Part shown: one piece after another, positions 60,471 to 64,000 of the stretch
Layout of the letters: each line of letters starts with the position of its first letter
How positions within the stretch are numbered: position 1 is the stretch's first letter
DNA from: Phyllobates terribilis
Taxonomy: Eukaryota
NCBI RefSeq assembly: GCF_046119375.1
Contig: NW_027362763.1
Location: 694,710,001 to 694,774,000, forward strand
DNA: 64,000 nucleotides
Direction: 5' to 3'
Position numbers and translations under genes: made by a program
Notes under the pieces: generated by a model
Told to the model about the DNA's origin: nothing
The model's input: the letters and a program-made list of their open reading frames with translations, nothing else
Database searches by the model: none

Positions 60471-62129
60471 TTGAGGGATTTGTCGTCTCTTCATTAAGCT
60501 GGACCAAGCCCCGGAGTAAGGAGCTCGGCAATAACTTTTTTTTTTTTTAAGTTATGAGCTGACTTTTTTGTTTGTTTCTTTTGTGAGATTATGGCAGTTC
60601 TTATAGTCGGGGATATAAATAAAACAACGAAAAAACCCATCAGTGTTGCTTAGTAAGTAGGAGGCTGCAGGGTTTGCCCTGGAAAAACCTGTTCTCCATG
60701 TAAATGACTGCAATGCTCCTGATGTAATATTTCTGATCACTCAGCTCATTGACATCAAAGGGAATGTGTCATCAGAAAATGAAATATTGTTCATTTTTTT
60801 TTTTACATTGTTTTATATTAATGTTTAAAAAACATAAAATCTTGCAATTTTCACACAGGACTGACTGCCATATGGTATCTGCGTAACGTCAAATAACATG
60901 TATAACAGACTTATCAGTGATAATTTGACAGTATGGACCATCCCTTTTAGTAGGATAATCTGATTACAGGTTGTTCTTGCTGGCAGCAACTTTTCATTTT
61001 CCCTGCAGCGCCATCACAGGAGAAATGAAGTATTACACAGGACCCATTGCAGTTGTAATTCAGATCATCAGTGAAGGAATCGGCAATGTGATCTCATGAC
61101 ACCAACGTACCATTCTTTATTTCCCCTGAAGGGGCTGTTCTCCATATATTGTTTTTTTGCAGACTAAATGGGGAGCGATCCACACTCCTTGGTAGCACAA
61201 TCCGTCCTCCTTGGTTGAGGTGCTTTCTTCTCTGTCCAAGGCACATTTTTGCCATCGGCTGTTTTGCGGCTCTTTTCCGGTTTGCTTTCCATGACCTAAT
61301 TTAATTTATAGTTATCTCTGAGCTAGTGGGCAGAGACCAGCTGCTATGATGTCTCCCATAACCCAGCACACACAGACATGAGCTGTCCTGTCTCTATGTA
61401 GCACATGTTGAGAAGCCGCAGCAGCATGGGGGACATAATACAGCAGTACTGAGCAGTGTAGCTGGGAATCCTGCTCCGTGGTGAGATAAACGCTTACTAG
61501 AAAGCAGCAGCATGATCTGTCTGTGTCTCTATAGGCCGGTTATTTCATTGTGCTCTTCCCATCTCCATATATTTCTATAGGCGGCTGTAATCTTGACAGC
61601 TTACTGATGTATCGATCTGTCTTGCATTGTCCTCTATAAACTTTAGCTATTAGTTTAGGTGGCAGAGAAGAGGCTCTTAAATGGAGAAAGCAGATTTCTC
61701 TGATAAGATTTATTGCAAAGTTTTTTTTTTTTTTAGTCACTTGGACTATTTGTTTATGAACAGTTTGTTGAAACGCCTGTTGTGCGCAGAGCGATGCAAT
61801 GGAAAGTTTTGCAAGACTACTTTGGTGTTTGCAGCCTGTAACCATGGAGACTCACAGGTCTGCATGCAGGCTGTATACGCAAAAGGTTAGGATATTGTTA
61901 ACGAGCGCATTTCGAAATCCAATATGCCTGATCCCTCTTACCTTTGGTATCTGTGATTGGGTTGGAGTTTGGGAGCTGGAGGCCGCCATACACGTAAGAT
62001 CATCAAACAATACCTTCTTATTCCAGAGTTCTGCTGACTTTGCTTCTTACATTGCTCACATGAGTGATGGCAGGAATTCTCCTACTTTGTTCTTGTTAAT
62101 TAATTTTTATCTATTTTATTTAATTCCAG

Positions 62130-62214
62130 CCGTATTGTGGACTGTGGAACATCTAAAAGGCAAAGTGGAGATCAATGTGGAGGACGGAAAAGAAACTGCC
62201 CTGCGAGTATCAAA
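62130..62214 (+). CDS. EPRS1: EPRS1 exon 2
   Basis: AVLWTVEHLKGKVEINVEDGKETALRVS; cag|CC, AA|gtgagc; in frame with exons 1 and 3. Confidence 0.9.
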
Positions 62215-62329
62215 GTGAGCAAACTATTTCTTCCTGTAGTTCATTTTTTTATTTGTTCTATGGTTTTAATCCAAATTTTCCTTGAAAAAAGCAGCTTACT
62301 GCTGACAGGACACAGCGAAACCTGAGAGT

Positions 62330-62900
62330 CCTGCTCCTCCCCGCCCCCACTCATAGAGAGCCTGCAAGTCCTGCTTTCCCCGCCCCCACTCGTAGAGAGA
62401 GCCTGCGAGTCCTGCTTTCCCCGCCCCCACTCGTAGAGAGAGCCTGCGAGTCCTGCTTTCCCCGCCCCCACTCGTAGAGAGAGCCTGCGAGTCCTGCTTT
62501 CCCCGCCCCCACTCGTAGAGAGAGCCTGCGAGTCCTGCTTTCCCCGCCCCCACTCGTAGAGAGAGCCTGCGAGTCCTGCTTTCCCCGCCCCCACTCGTAG
62601 AGAGAGCCTGCGAGTCCTCCTTTCCCCGCCCCCACTCGTAGAGAGCCTTCGAGTCCTGCTTTCCCCGCCCCCACTCGTAGAGAGAGCCTGCGAGTCCTGC
62701 TTTCCCCGCCCCCACTCGTAGAGAGAGCCTGCGAGTCCTGCTTTCCCCGCCCCCACTCGTAGAGAGAGCCTGCGAGTCCTGCTTTCCCCGCCCCCACTCG
62801 TAGAGAGAGCCTGCGAGTCCTGCTTTCCCCGCCCCCACTCGTAGAGAGAGCGCCTGGGGGGGGGGCCTGCTTTCCCCACCCCAACCCGTAGAGAGAGCCA
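62330..62900. repeat. 41-bp GC-box-containing minisatellite (about 13 units) in EPRS1 intron 2
   Basis: Unit CTGCTTTCCCCGCCCCCACTCGTAGAGAGAGCCTGCGAGTC. Confidence 0.95.
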
Positions 62901-63206
62901 GCATTTTTTTCTGTGTACAAGCAGCTTTTTAACAGATATTTACATTGAAATACTAAATTAGATCAGATTATAAGTGAGTAAAAGTAAATAAATAATACAT
63001 TTTCTGCCTTGCTGATTGTCTCCCCATATAGTGGTGGCTGCCAGCGGACCTGACGCTGCCCGTGTATGTCACCATGTCATTAATGATATCGATGATCCCT
63101 TCACTATTTGTGCAGGAACCTTTCCTTCCCACTAATGTCTGTTCTGCTGGCGGTAACTTTCCCGCCGCCGTCTGATGACAATGTCTTGTATTTCCTTCTC
63201 TCACAG

Positions 63207-63306
63207 AGACGTCTGTTTTAATGACGTAAACTCCATTATCCGATACTTGGCCAGGCTCGCCCCAAGCGCTGGACTGCTGGGATCCAATCTACTGGAACAG
63301 ACGGAG
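63207..63306 (+). CDS. EPRS1: EPRS1 exon 3 (GST-like N-terminal domain); gene continues past the right edge
   Basis: [33 protein letters not shown]; GAG|gtgggt. Confidence 0.93.
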
Positions 63307-64000
63307 GTGGGTATGGAGGTCTAGTGGAGGGGTTTGCAAAAAAAAACTGATTAAAAAGTAAAATATTACCGTTATTAAAAGGGGTTGTCTGCTAAAAACA
63401 AATCCTCACCTATTCACGTGTCAGGTGATCTCTTGTTGATCAGCGGGGGGTCCGATCATTGGGATCTGCACCGATCAGCAGAATGGGATTTTTTTTTTTT
63501 TCCCTTTTATTCCCATTATGTTGAAATTTATTGGTGCTGTTGTTTTCAATGAGGTTTTTATTGATAAATACATAAGTGTAAATAATTCTCTATAAAGTAA
63601 TAATCACATACTCGTCAGGGAGAATAATGGGAATAGTCAGGATCTTGTGTGGAGCCATAGACTTCCATTGGCGAATTTGGACCCTAATTTCAACTTTTTT
63701 CTGCAGACCACATAGGCGATTTTTGAACAAAAAATTCTCAATTTTTTTCCTTTTTTTTTTTTTGCATGCAGCATATAATACACCGCCGTATAAAAAGCAC
63801 CACTGACAATAATGGGTCTGGTTTTTTGTCCATACAAGAAAATCAGACCTATAAAAGGGGCCGCAGCATTACTATTACTACACTATTACCAATACTTTTC
63901 ATGATGAAATATCTTGTAATTTTTTTTGCATTTTTTTTTTTTTTTGCATTTTTTTTTTTTTTTTTTGCCAGATTACTATAATGAATCATTTCAGCGGAGG

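Noticed and set aside
62241-62920. Three overlapping ORFs of about 200 aa
   Set aside because: Stop-free 41-bp repeat read in all three minus frames.
209-63306. Minor (U12) introns
   Set aside because: All donors inspected are GT without the RTATCCTT consensus.

Overview
Eukaryotic vertebrate genomic DNA, most likely a frog (inferred from the repeat families and intron style; not provable from this window). Three spliced housekeeping genes lie in the order I recall for human 1q41. IARS2 (minus strand) has coding exons 1-12 and continues off the left edge. BPNT1 (plus strand) is complete, 310 aa, and divergent from IARS2. EPRS1 (plus strand) has exons 1-3 and continues off the right edge. All exons were placed by eye at GT-AG boundaries and join in frame. 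The introns are packed with nested mobile DNA: a Gmr1-type Gypsy element whose 5' LTR is split by a DIRS tyrosine-recombinase retrotransposon that itself carries a solo LTR; a second DIRS inside a TTAA MITE; a DD38E Tc1-like element inside another LTR; two more Tc1 elements; a CR1 LINE splitting a minisatellite; a V-SINE; MITEs and tandem arrays. The least expected observations are (1) both divergent DIRS copies have Cys where the catalytic Tyr of the recombinase is expected, (2) a 1.4-kb element with inverted TG-type termini and a 4-bp TSD carries a Gypsy gag remnant, and (3) the DIRS 5' leader has a conserved structured RNA element and a candidate mini-intron. Nothing was computed or searched; identities and copy numbers are by-eye estimates.
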